Shown piece by piece: positions 48,401 to 60,685 of a stretch of DNA of 64,000 nt (its first letter is position 1; each line of letters starts with the position of its first letter). This DNA is from Heterodontus francisci. Its lineage: Eukaryota. The stretch is from contig NC_090419.1 in assembly GCF_036365525.1 (NCBI RefSeq), forward strand, positions 13,144,001 to 13,208,000. Direction: 5' to 3'. The notes beneath the pieces were generated by a model. That model ran no database searches. It was not told the origin of the DNA and saw only the letters and a list, made by a program, of their open reading frames with translations. The position numbers and the translations under genes were made by a program.

Positions 48401-51400
48401 GCTCCCTCAGTACTGACATTCTCACAGTGCGGCGCTCCCTCAGTACTGACCCTCCGACAGTGCGGCGCTCCCTCAGTACTGACATTCTCACAGTGCGGCG
48501 CTCCCTCAGTACTGACCCTCCGACAGTGCGGTGCTCCCTCAGTACTGACCCTCCGACAGTGCGGCGCTCCCTCAGTACTGACCCTCTGACAGTGCAGCGC
48601 TCCCTCAGTACTGACCCTCCGTCAGTGTGGCGCTCCCTCAGTACTGACCCTGCGACAGTGCGGCGCTCCCTCAGTACTGACCCTCCGACAGTGCGGCGCT
48701 CCCTCAGTACTGACCCTCCGACAGTGCGGCGCTCCCTCAGTACTGACATTCTCACAGTGCGGCGCTCCCTCAGTACTGACCCTCCGACAGTGCGGCGCTC
48801 CCTCAGTACTGACATTCTCACAGTGCGGCGCTCCCTCAGTACTGACCCTCCGACAGTGCGGTGCTCCCTCAGTACTGACCCTCCGACAGTGCGGCGCTCC
48901 CTCAGTACTGACATTCTCACAGTGCGGCGCTCCCTCAGTACTGACCCTCCGACAGTGCGGCGCTCCCTCAGTACTGACATTCTCACAGTGCGGCGCTCCC
49001 TCAGTACTGACCCTCCGACAGTGCGGCGCTCCCTCAGTACTGACATTCTCACAGTGCGGCGCTCCCTCAGTACTGACCCTCCGTCAGTGCGGCGTTCCCT
49101 CAGTACTGACCCTCCGTCAGTGTGGCGCTCCCTCAGTACTGACCCTCCGACAGTGCGGCGCTCCCTCAGTACTGACCCTCCGACAGTGCGGCGCTCCCTC
49201 AGTACTGACCCTCCGACAGTGCGGCGCTCCCTCAGTACTGACATTCTCACAGTGCGGCGCTCCCTCAGTACTGACCCTCCGACAGTGCGGTGCTCCCTCA
49301 GTACTGACCCTCCGACAGTGCGGCGCTCCCTCAGTACTGACATTCTCACAGTGCGGCGCTCCCTCAGTACTGACCCTCCGACAGTGCGGCGCTCCCTCAG
49401 TACTGACATTCTCACAGTGCGGCGCTCCCTCAGTACTGACCCTCCGACAGTGCAGCGCTCCCTCAGTACTGACATTCTCACAGTGCGGCGCTCCCTCAGT
49501 ACTGACCCTCCGACAGTGCGGCGCTCCCTCAGTACTGACATTCTCACAGTGCGGCGCTCCCTCAGTACTGACCCTCCGACAGTGCAGCGCTCCCTCAGTA
49601 CTGACATTCTCACAGTGCGGCGCTCCCTCAGTACTGACCCTCCGACAGTGCGGTGCTCCCTCAGTACTGACCCTCCGACAGTGCGGCGCTCCCTCAGTAC
49701 TGACATTCTCACAGTGCGGCGCTCCCTCAGTACTGACCCTCCGACAGTGCGGCGCTCCCTCAGTACTGACATTCTCACAGTGCGGCGCTCCCTCAGTACT
49801 GACCCTCCGACAGTGCGGTGCTCCCTCAGTACTGACCCTCCGACAGTGCGGCGCTCCCTCAGTACTGACATTCTCACAGTGCGGCGCTCCCTCAGTACTG
49901 ACCCTCCGACAGTGTGGCGCTCCCTCAGTACTGACATTCTCACAGTGCGGCGCTCCCTCAGTACTGACCCTCCGACAGTGCAGCGCTCCCTCAGTACTGA
50001 CATTCTCACAGTGCGGCGCTCCCTCAGTACTGACCCTCCGACAGTGCGGCGCTCCCTCAGTACTGACATTCTCACAGTGCGGCGCTCCCTCAGTACTGAC
50101 CCTCCGACAGTGCGGTGCTCCCTCAGTACTGACCCTCCGACAGTGCGGCGCTCCCTCAGTACTGACCCTCTGACAGTGCAGCGCTCCCTCAGTACTGACC
50201 CTCCGTCAGTGTGGCGCTCCCTCAGTACTGACCCTGCGACAGTGCGGCGCTCCCTCAGTACTGACCCTCCGACAGTGCGGCGCTCCCTCAGTACTGACCC
50301 TCCGACAGTGCGGCGCTCCCTCAGTACTGACATTCTCACAGTGCGGCGCTCCCTCAGTACTGACCCTCCGACAGTGCGGCGCTCCCTCAGTACTGACATT
50401 CTCACAGTGCGGCGCTCCCTCAGTACTGACCCTCCGACAGTGCGGTGCTCCCTCAGTACTGACCCTCCGACAGTGCGGCGCTCCCTCAGTACTGACATTC
50501 TCACAGTGCGGCGCTCCCTCAGTACTGACCCTCCGACAGTGCGGCGCTCCCTCAGTACTGACCCTCCGACAGTGCGGCGCTCCCTCAGTACTGACCCTCC
50601 GACAGTGCGGCGCTCCCTCAGTACTGACCCTCCGACAGTGCGGCGCTCCCTCAGTACTGACATTCTCACAGTGCGGCGCTCCCTCAGTACTGACCCTCCG
50701 ACAGTGCGGTGCTCCCTCAGTACTGACCCTCCGACAGTGCGGTGCTCCCTCAGTACTGACCCTCCGACAGTGCGGCGCTCCCTCAGTACTGACCCTCTGA
50801 CAGTGCAGCGCTCCCTCAGTACTGACCCTCCGTCAGTGTGGCGCTCCCTCAGTACTGACCCTGCGACAGTGCGGCGCTCCCTCAGTACTGACCCTCCGAC
50901 AGTGCGGCGCTCCCTCAGTACTGACCCTCCGACAGTGCGGCGCTCCCTCAGTACTGACATTCTCACAGTGCGGCGCTCCCTCAGTACTGACCCTCCGACA
51001 GTGCGGCGCTCCCTCAGTACTGACATTCTCACAGTGCGGCGCTCCCTCAGTACTGACCCTCCGACAGTGCGGTGCTCCCTCAGTACTGACCCTCCGACAG
51101 TGCGGCGCTCCCTCAGTACTGACATTCTCACAGTGCGGCGCTCCCTCAGTACTGACCCTCCGACAGTGCGGCGCTCCCTCAGTACTGACCCTCCGACAGT
51201 GCGGCGCTCCCTCAGTACTGACCCTCCGACAGTGCGGCGCTCCCTCAGTACTGACATTCTCACAGTGCGGCGCTCCCTCAGTACTGACCCTCCGACAGTG
51301 CGGTGCTCCCTCAGTACTGACCCTCCGACAGTGCGGCGCTCCCTCAGTACTGACATTCTCACAGTGCGGCGCTCCCTCAGTACTGACCCTCCGACAGTGC

Positions 51401-54400
51401 GGCGCTCCCTCAGTACTGACATTCTCACAGTGCGGCGCTCCCTCAGTACTGACCCTCCGACAGTGCAGCGCTCCCTCAGTACTGACATTCTCACAGTGCG
51501 GCGCTCCCTCAGTACTGACCCTCCGACAGTGCGGCGCTCCCTCAGTAGTGACATTCTCACAGTGCGGCGCTCCCTCAGTACTGACCCTCCGACAGTGCGG
51601 TGCTCCCTCAGTACTGACCCTCCGACAGTGCGGCGCTCCCTCAGTACTGACCCTCTGACAGTGCAGCGCTCCCTCAGTACTGACCCTCCGTCAGTGTGGC
51701 GCTCCCTCAGTACTGACCCTGCGACAGTGCGGCGCTCCCTCAGTACTGACCCTCCGACAGTGCGGCGCTCCCTCAGTACTGACCCTCCGACAGTGCGGCG
51801 CTCCCTCAGTACTGACATTCTCACAGTGCGGCGCTCCCTCAGTACTGACCCTCCGACAGTGCGGCGCTCCCTCAGTACTGACATTCTCACAGTGCGGCGC
51901 TCCCTCAGTACTGACCCTCCGACAGTGCGGTGCTCCCTCAGTACTGACCCTCCGACAGTGCGGCGCTCCCTCAGTACTGACATTCTCACAGTGCGGCGCT
52001 CCCTCAGTACTGACCCTCCGACAGTGCGGCGCTCCCTCAGTACTGACATTCTCACAGTGCGGCGCTCCCTCAGTACTGACCCTCCGTCAGTGCGGCGTTC
52101 CCTCAGTACTGACCCTCCGTCAGTGTGGCGCTCCCTCAGTACTGACCCTCCGACAGTGCGGCGCTCCCTCAGTACTGACCCTCCGACAGTGCGGCGCTCC
52201 CTCAGTACTGACCCTCCGACAGTGCGGCGCTCCCTCAGTACTGACATTCTCACAGTGCGGCGCTCCCTCAGTACTGACCCTCCGACAGTGCGGTGCTCCC
52301 TCAGTACTGACCCTCCGACAGTGCGGCGCTCCCTCAGTACTGACATTCTCACAGTGCGGCGCTCCCTCAGTACTGACCCTCCGACAGTGCGGCGCTCCCT
52401 CAGTACTGACATTCTCACAGTGCGGCGCTCCCTCAGTACTGACCCTCCGACAGTGCAGCGCTCCCTCAGTACTGACATTCTCACAGTGCGGCGCTCCCTC
52501 AGTACTGACCCTCCGACAGTGCGGCGCTCCCTCAGTACTGACATTCTCACAGTGCGGCGCTCCCTCAGTACTGACCCTCCGACAGTGCGGTGCTCCCTCA
52601 GTACTGACCCTCCGACAGTGCGGCGCTCCCTCAGTACTGACCCTCTGACAGTGCAGCGCTCCCTCAGTACTGACCCTCCGTCAGTGTGGCGCTCCCTCAG
52701 TACTGACCCTGCGACAGTGCGACGCTCCCTCAGTACTGACCCTCCGACAGTGCGGCGCTCCCTCAGTACTGACCCTCCGACAGTGCGGCGCTCCCTCAGT
52801 ACTGACATTCTCACAGTGCGGCGCTCCCTCAGTACTGACCCTCCGACAGTGCGGTGCTCCCTCAGTACTGACCCTCCGACAGTGCGGCGCTCCCTCAGTA
52901 CTGAAATTCTCACAGTGCGGCGCTCCCTCAGTACTGACATTCTCACAGTGCGGCGCTCCCTCAGTACTGACCCTCCGACAGTGCGGCGCTCCCTCAGTAC
53001 TGACATTCTCACAGTGCGGCGCTCCCTCAGTACTGACCCTCCGACAGTGCGGCGCTCCCTCAGTACTGACATTCTCACAGTGCGGCGCTCCCTCAGTACT
53101 GACCCTCCGACAGTGCGGCGCTCCCTCAGTACTGACATTCTCACAGTGCGGCGCTCCCTCAGTACTGACCCTCCGACAGTGCAGCGCTCCCTCAGTACTG
53201 ACATTCTCACAGTGCGGCGCTCCCTCAGTACTGACCCTCCGACAGTGCGGCGCTCCCTCAGTACTGACATTCTCACAGTGCGGCGCTCCCTCAGTACTGA
53301 CCCTCCGACAGTGCGGTGCTCCCTCAGTACTGACCCTCCGACAGTGCGGCGCTCCCTCAGTACTGAAATTCTCACAGTGCGGCGCTCCCTCAGTACTGAC
53401 ATTCTCACAGTGCGGCGCTCCCTCAGTACTGACCCTCCGACAGTGCGGCGCTCCCTCAGTACTGACATTCTCACAGTGCGGCGCTCCCTCAGTACTGACC
53501 CTCCGACAGTGCGGCGCTCCCTCAGTACTGACATTCTCACAGTGCGGCGCTCCCTCAGTACTGACCCTCCGACAGTGCGGCGCTCCCTCAGTACTGACAT
53601 TCTCACAGTGCGGCGCTCCCTCAGTACTGACCCTCCGACAGTGCAGCGCTCCCTCAGTACTGACATTCTCACAGTGCGGCGCTCCCTCAGTACTGACCCT
53701 CCGACAGTGCGGCGCTCCCTCAGTACTGACATTCTCACAGTGCGGCGCTCCCTCAGTACTGACCCTCCGACAGTGCGGTGCTCCCTCAGTACTGACCCTC
53801 CGACAGTGCGGCGCTCCCTCAGTACTGACCCTCTGACAGTGCAGCGCTCCCTCAGTACTGACCCTCCGACAGTGCGGCGCTCCCTCAGTACTGACATTCT
53901 CACAGTGCGGCGCTCCCTCAGTACTGACCCTCCGACAGTGCGGCGCTCCCTCAGTACTGACATTCTCACAGTGTGGCGCTCCCTCAGTACTGACCCTCCG
54001 ACAGTGCGGCGCTCCCTCAGTACTGACCCTCTGACAGTGCGGCGCTCCCTCAGTACTGACCCTCCGACAGTGCGGCGCTCCCTCAGTACTGACCCTCCGA
54101 CAGTGCGGCGCTCCCTCAGTACTGACCCTCCGACAATGCGGCACTCCCTCAGTACTGACCCTCCGACAGTGCGGCGCTCCCTCAGTACTGACCCTCCGAC
54201 AGTGCAGCACTCCCTCAGTACTGACCCTCTGACAGTGCGGCGCTCCCTCAGTACTGACCCTCCGACAGTGCGGCGCTCCCTCAGTACTGACCCTCCGACA
54301 GTGCGGCGCTCCCTCAGTACTGACCCTCCGACAGTGCGGCGCTCCCTCAGTACTGACATTCTCACAGTGCGGCGCTCCCTCAGTACTGACCCTCCGACAG

Positions 54401-54582
54401 TGAGGCGCTCCCTCAGTACTGACCCTCCGACAGTGCGGCGCTCCCTCAGTACTGACATTCTCACAGTGCGGCGCTCCCTCAGTACTGACTCTCCGACAGT
54501 GCGGCACTCCCTCAGTACTGACCCTCCGACAGTGCGGCACTCCCTCAGTACTGACTCTCCGACAGTGCGGCGCTCCCTCAGT
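45412..54582 (+). repeat. 33-bp satellite array, ~9.2 kb (~278 units), with higher-order structure
   Basis: Same unit as 21002-23645 plus a frequent GACATTCTCACAG variant; no frame-breaking indel across the array. Confidence 0.98.
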
Positions 54583-54663
54583 CCCTGATTGTGGAGCCGG
54601 GAGGAGTGTGACACTGCGGGGCACTTCCAGTTACTACTCTGCTCACACTCCACTCCCCGTAAC

Positions 54664-57600
54664 CAGTGAGCTGCCTCAGGGGCTGCGACTGTGCCCACAG
54701 CTCGAGAGTCCGATAGTAATGAGGCTGGTGGAACAGTTTCCCATGGTCCTGGCACCGGTCTCTCTTTAATTCTGTGCACAGCACCTTGCACCCGGATCTC
54801 ACCCCGATTCAGGAACATTCCAATTTCTACACCTGTGTATTTTTGCCAAATGCCTGGGATTCTGAATTTTAGGTTGCACGCTTTAGTCTTAACCAGTTTA
54901 AGAACCAGTTTCGTAGTTTGCATTGTTGGGAACTGTGTAAGAGGAGATATTCACTCATATTTATTTTAATGGGTTGAATCAACGCACCCCATCGTTTACT
55001 GATCATGTTCTGGGGGAAATGATGACCGTCAACGATAAATCGACTCAGAACAGTGTGTGTGATTGATCCCAAATCCCAGTGAAAACACAAGCAAACAAAG
55101 ACACTGAGAAACTGAGTGTCAATGACAGCACAATCTTTGATCCTAAAAAAATACAGCAAATACAAACGGAAACCTGACAATAAAACTCTTCAAACTTTGC
55201 CGGGATGCTTCATCTCATTCCCTTTTCCTTGCTGGAATGCAAAGTCAGAGATGAAAGAGGGGATACTGGTGTTTGTCTAACACTGTGATCATGTTTCTCA
55301 AACAGTCCAAAACACTCGATAATGAATTAGTTTGACATGACCTGTGTAAGCAAATTGCAGCCATTTAGTATTCAACAAAATCTCACAGTGATGAATTAGG
55401 TGCGTGACTGGTTAATCTGTTTTTGATAAGAGAGAGTGTCTTCAGCACAAGAAGAACTCTTTGTTCCTTTAAACAATGGCGTGGGATCTTTAACATTGAA
55501 CTGAACAGACAGACGGGGCTCCGTCAATATCTCATGCAAAAGACAGTGCCAGTGACAATGCAGCACTCCCTCGATACTGCACTTAAGCATCAGCCTAGTT
55601 CATGTGCTTTCTAAAGTGGATGTGTAATTGTTACCAGTTGTGTCTGCACTGACAGCACAGTTCCTTCAGAAAATCCAAGACAAATAATTTGACACTGAAT
55701 TATTGAATCAATACAGTGACAGTCTTTATTGTATACAGGAAGGTTCTCATTGAGGTTTTATTTAATGAATGCTTATTTGCCCACGGACGATCTGCGTCCT
55801 ATCTGTTGAGGTGACAGATGAATCCCTCACAGCACAGAGACACAGGCCCCAGTTTCTGCAGTAACAGTGAATACATTCGACAGACCTTTCACCTTATGCA
55901 TGGGATTTAGTCAAACCATCAGCTGTAAAGAAGAGAACAAGGTGTCGTGTTAATTCGTTCAAAGCTTTGGTCAGTCCTGGGTTGCAAACCAGGAAACCGT
56001 TGCTGAAAACCGGCTCACAGATATAAAGAATATTGTGATTCTCTCACCAGCCTCTCCCCTTCCCCTCTGGATGATGCCCCCCTGTTTGAGCACAGTCCCA
56101 CACACATGGCACCTACTGGGTAGCCCATGTTAGCAGTCATTGACCAGGTGTGTCTCCTGACTGTGAGGGTCAACAGTTGGTGGGATAGGCATCGCGGATC
56201 CTGATCCCAATGTTCACTCCTGCGCTCTTTCCCGCAGGAATCACCGGATCGTGGCCAGGAGCAGGGATGGTTATGAATGTTCCCCAACCCCGCCCAGCCC
56301 AGGGGCACTGAGACCAACCGTTCCACTCCTGTCCTGCACCAGCTGTGATGAAGGATCTTAGCATCAACCCAGGGGCCAAGCGTGGGAGCTTCCTGGTCTG
56401 CGGGGAGGAGGGATCCAGTTACATTATTCCTGGGTAAGATCACATTGTTGAGATGGATGGTTGGTGTGGATCTGTTTTTGAGTTCACGAGGTTACAAAAC
56501 CCCCGTTACCTGATGTGCTGCTGGAGTTGGAGGAGTTTGAGGTGTTGGACCGCACGCTGGCGTTGCATGGATTCACTCCACACGGTCCTGCCCGGTTTGT
56601 GAACTTCGCTGCAAACAGTAAAACACCAAATTGTCCGGCCGTGTTAAACATATCTCCAAACCTAAAATATTCTTACCCGGCCACAATTATTCAGAGTAAA
56701 GGACAGTTTCTCTTACCTGTTGGGTGAACACTGAACTGGTTGCCACCTGCATGAGAAACAGGAAGGTTAACAATTCAACATCAACCCAATTTAATCTGTA
56801 ACATTAACGAGAGTTTATATCTAGTGTAGTAACTTACGATTTAAGATGCAGCAGTAGAGAATTCCAGTCACCACAGCCGCACTTATTCCCAGTATTCCCA
56901 GCACGGCTCCAACGATGATCAAAGCTTCATTTTCTGCGATCCTGTTGCGTTCTGAGGAAAGGACCGTTGGGAGGGGAAGGGGGAGGGGGGAGATAGTTTA
57001 CTTTGTGTTTGACACCAGGACGTTCCCCACACACACACTTCACACTCATCCGGTTCCGTAGGTGTTAAAGCTCCCTGAACATTACCCACCAGTAAATGGC
57101 CCATGGCAATGGTGTGACAGTGAGTTGCAGGAGGTGGTAGAAGGTTGTGAGAGACAGGGAAGGAAGCAGATACATGGTCACTTCCCATTACTGACTGGGG
57201 GAGAGGCCACAACTGAGAAGAGGAGAAATTTCTTCACTCAGAGGGTTGTGAATCTTTGGAATTCTCAACCCCAGAGATCTGTGGACGATCAGTGGTTGAG
57301 TATATTCAAGACAGAGGTGGATAGATTTTTGAGTACGAAGGGAATTAGAGATATGTAGACAGTGCAGTAAGGTGAAGTTATGGTAGAAGACCACCACAAT
57401 CTTAGTGAAAGACTGCTGTTTTTTATTTCCTTACCGAGCAGTACTATGAGTTTGCCAGTGATGGTCTCATGTTCCACTTGACAGGAATATGAAGCATCAA
57501 CATCTCCACTCAATGTGAGGATACTTCTCGCCTGAAAGGTCCCATCCCTTTGAGGTAGGATGTTTGTTATCTCTGATCCGTTGACAGTGACTCCGTTTCT

Positions 57601-57880
57601 CGCCCAGCTCACTTTAATGTCACTGGGGAAAAAGCTCTTCACCAAACACACCAAATTACTCCGGCCGGCTTTCTTCTCAATAAAGGTTCTGGTAAATGTG
57701 GGAGCTGTAAAAAAAAAACCAGACAGGAATGGATTGCAGGTTATAATCAGCATCATCTAGAATCTCCCAGAACCTGGTTCTTCATGAAATGATGGTGAAA
57801 TGGTTCAAGTGCCATCCTGTCACCCTGGGTCTGAGTGCAGCTCCAGAATAATGGAATAAAACTCTCCCCCGTGTTGGCTG
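54664..57880 (-). repeat. Right arm of the ~3.2-kb inverted repeat
   Basis: Same match as the left arm; differs by scattered SNPs, a few small indels and one micro-inversion. Confidence 0.95.
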
Positions 57881-59527
57881 TAGTGGTACAATGTAAAGTG
57901 AGTTTGGGAAAATCTCACTGCAACAGATCCACAGCATAAAACTCCTCTTTAGTCGGATATACTGATCGACAAGCGAACACAGAGAAAGCATGAAGCTGGC
58001 TGCTCTGAGATACAGGACCATTCACTGCTGCAGTAAGGAGACATTTCTGATGGGGACAGTGCAGAGGGAGCTTTACTCTGTATCTAACCCCTGTGCTGTA
58101 CCTATCCTGGGGCGTGTTTGATGGCGGACAGTGCAGAGGGAGCTTTACTCTGTATCTAACCCCTGTGCTGTACCTATCCTGGGGCGTGTTTGATGGCGGA
58201 CAGTGCAGAGGGAGCTTTACTCTGTATCTAACCCCTGTGCTGTACCTATCCTGGGGAGTGTTTGATGGGGGACAGTGTAGAGGGAGCTTTACTCTGTATC
58301 TAACCCCTGTGCTGTACCTATCCTGGGGCGTGTTTGATGGGGGACAGTGTAGAGGGAGATTTACTCTGTATCTAACCCCTGTGCTGTACCTATCCTGGGG
58401 CGTGTTTGATGGCGGACAGTGCAGAGGGAGCTTTACTCTGTATCTAACCCCTGTGCTGTACCTATCCTGGGGAGTGTTTGATGGGGACAGTGTAGAGGGA
58501 GCTTTACTCTGCATCTAACCCCTGTGCTGTACCTATCCTGGGGAGTGTTTGATGGGGACAGTGTAGAGGGAGCTTTACTCTGTATCTAACCCCGTGCTGT
58601 ACCTGTCCTGGGGAGTGTTTGATGGGATGGAGGGTATTAGTAAGGCCATTCATCACTGGAACAGACAGACGGGGAAATGGTTTTCTAACGTGTTCATCGG
58701 ACAGCATCTCTGTCCTCTGTACTACATTCTTCTTCTTTCTTTCTTTTGGGCCTCCTTATCTCGAGAGACAATGGATACGCGCATTATTGGTCGTGTTATC
58801 ATGTCAGAATTAAGCTCCCTCTGAAAAGCAGTAATTTTCAATACTGAAAACTTTGAGTATCACATTTGCTCAATTACAATGGCAACAGTAATTGAGCAGT
58901 TTATTAATTTCGAGCTCCGAACACACAACCCAAACGAGTCTTTCCAAGATCATGCTTTCTATCTCATTAACTTCCTCCAGCTGCTCGTCCCTGCTGGCAA
59001 CTCGGAGCCTCAACCATTGTGAGTCCTCGATTCCATCTGTTCCATCCTATGTGGAATACCTTCCACCATCATATCACTAAATTTCCGGAATTCATTTCCC
59101 AAACCCTCTGCCTTGCTATCAAAACCGCCATCTACAACCAGATATTCACCCCACTCCCTGCTCACGGTCTCAATTTCCCTTCTCTCCCTCTGGGCAAAGT
59201 GCGATGGGGCATTTTGATGTTTGCATCAGTTGTTGTTTATGTAAACTATCTCACCTATTTTTTCCAGGGTGGTGTTGCTTGCTACAGCTGCTTGCTTGGT
59301 CTTCTCACATAAGTTCTCAATGAAGAATGGAACAGACTCAATGTAATTTGGATCCGAGTTCCGCCTGTTCACTTCAGCTTGTACGATTGGCTGAGCTGAA
59401 ACCAGTTGTTTCTTTTCTGCATCATAGTAGAAAATAGTGGTTCCATCGAAAGCATCTTCCCAAAAGACATTGAGAAACTTCTGGTCACGATAGACACAAC
59501 CACATCGTGTCTGATACAGGCGCAGTT
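55894..59527 (-). CDS. WB: MHC W-category beta chain gene (WB-a', inverted paralog of WB-a); leader exon not found in window
   Basis: Exons 59527-59255 (beta1), 57704-57435 (beta2), 56951-56838 (TM), 56746-56717, 56608-56510, 55922-55894 (TAA). Exon sizes are identical to WB-a, splice sites intact, frame open. Confidence 0.87.
57435..57704 (-). CDS. WB: WB-a' beta2 IgSF C1 exon
   Basis: Identical to WB-a beta2 except KSFFP versus KGFSP. Confidence 0.92.
58047..58625 (-). repeat. ~72-bp minisatellite in the WB-a' beta1-beta2 intron
   Basis: Reverse complement of the 6797-7490 unit; 24-aa periodic ORF. Confidence 0.95.
59255..59527 (-). CDS. WB: WB-a' beta1 exon (not in the ORF track)
   Basis: Hand translation: ELRLYQTRCGCVYRDQKFLNVFWEDAFDGTTIFYYDAEKKQLVSAQPIVQAEVNRRNSDPNYIESVPFFIENLCEKTKQAAVASNTTLEKI, flanked by cag| and |gtgaga. 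Confidence 0.88.
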
Positions 59528-59799
59528 CTGAAAGAAAAACAAAAGCCGGTCACAAGCATGGAGGCCATATTCAATGACGTTCTGTTCATGCCATTCCAGC
59601 CTCGGATTAGGATCTGACCCAAGCAGTTAAAAGAAAAATCAGCAGTACGGATGTCCTGTGGCATTGCTCATGGTAAGTCAGATGATGCAACAAGTGTTTT
59701 ACCATGTAATGCCCAGTGTGTTATTCTGCTCTCACAGTGGAGCTTGTATTTCAAGTTCACCTGTTTGTTTAAGGCCACAGAGTCTAACTTTTGGTTAGC

Positions 59800-60685
59800 A
59801 CCTCTCAGGGTCAGTTGGAGGCTAATTGCTATGGGCACCTTTTAGGGTTAGTTAGAGGCTAATTTCTATGGGCACCTTTTAGGGTTAGTTAGAGGCTAAT
59901 TTCTATGGGCACATCATCGGGTCAGTTAGAGGCTAATTGCTATGGGCGCATCTTAGGGTCAGTTCGGGGCTAATTGCTATTGCGTGCATCTCAGGTCAGT
60001 TGGAGGGTAATTGCTATGGGTGCATTTAAGGTCAATTAGAGGCTAATTGCTAAGGGCGCATATATAGGGTCAGTTAGAGGCTAATTGCCATGGGCTCATC
60101 TTAGGTTCAGTTAAGGGCTAATTGCTGTGGGCGCATCTTCAGGTCAGTTGGAGGCTAATTGCTATGGGTGCATTTAAGGTCAATTAGAGGCTAATTGCTA
60201 AGGGTGCAGAATCAGGTCAGTTAGAGGCTAATTGCCATGGGCGCATCTTCGGGTCAGTTAGAGGCTAATTGCTATGGGCGTATTTTAGGGTCAATTAGAG
60301 GCTAATTGCTATGGGCACATCTTAGGGTCAGTTAGAGACTAAGTGCTATGGGCACATCGTAGGGTCAGTTAGAGGCTAATTGCTATTGCGTGCATCTCAG
60401 GTCAGTGAGAGGGTAATTGCTATGGGTGCATTTAAGGGGTCAATTAGAGGCTAATTGCCATGGGTGCATCTTAGGTTCAGTTAAGGGCTAATTGCTGTGG
60501 GCGCATCTTCAGGTCAGTTGGAGGCTAATTGCTATGGGTGCATTTAAGGTCAATTAGAGGTTAATTGCTAAGGGCGCAGTATAGGGTCAGTTAGAGGATA
60601 ATTGCTATGGGTGCATCTTAGGGTCAGTTCGAGGCTAATTGCTATGGGCGTATTTTAGGGTCAGTTCGAGATTAATTGCTATGAG
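59800..60685 (+). repeat. ~37-bp minisatellite (~24 units)
   Basis: Unit GGGTCAGTTAGAGGCTAATTGCTATGGGCGCATCTTA. Confidence 0.93.

Noticed and set aside
46470-54470. Many perfect RSS heptamers (CACAGTG) in the ATTCTCACAGTG satellite variant
   Set aside because: No ACAAAAACC-like nonamer at 12 or 23 bp (AGTACTGAC and TCCGACAGT are found instead) and no V/J segments. At most these are cryptic sites.
45390-54923. 3177-aa (minus) and 3054-aa (plus) ORFs as giant repeat proteins
   Set aside because: They result from a 33-bp unit (a multiple of 3) lacking stops in those frames. They are open on both strands, SINE-derived and show no gene structure.
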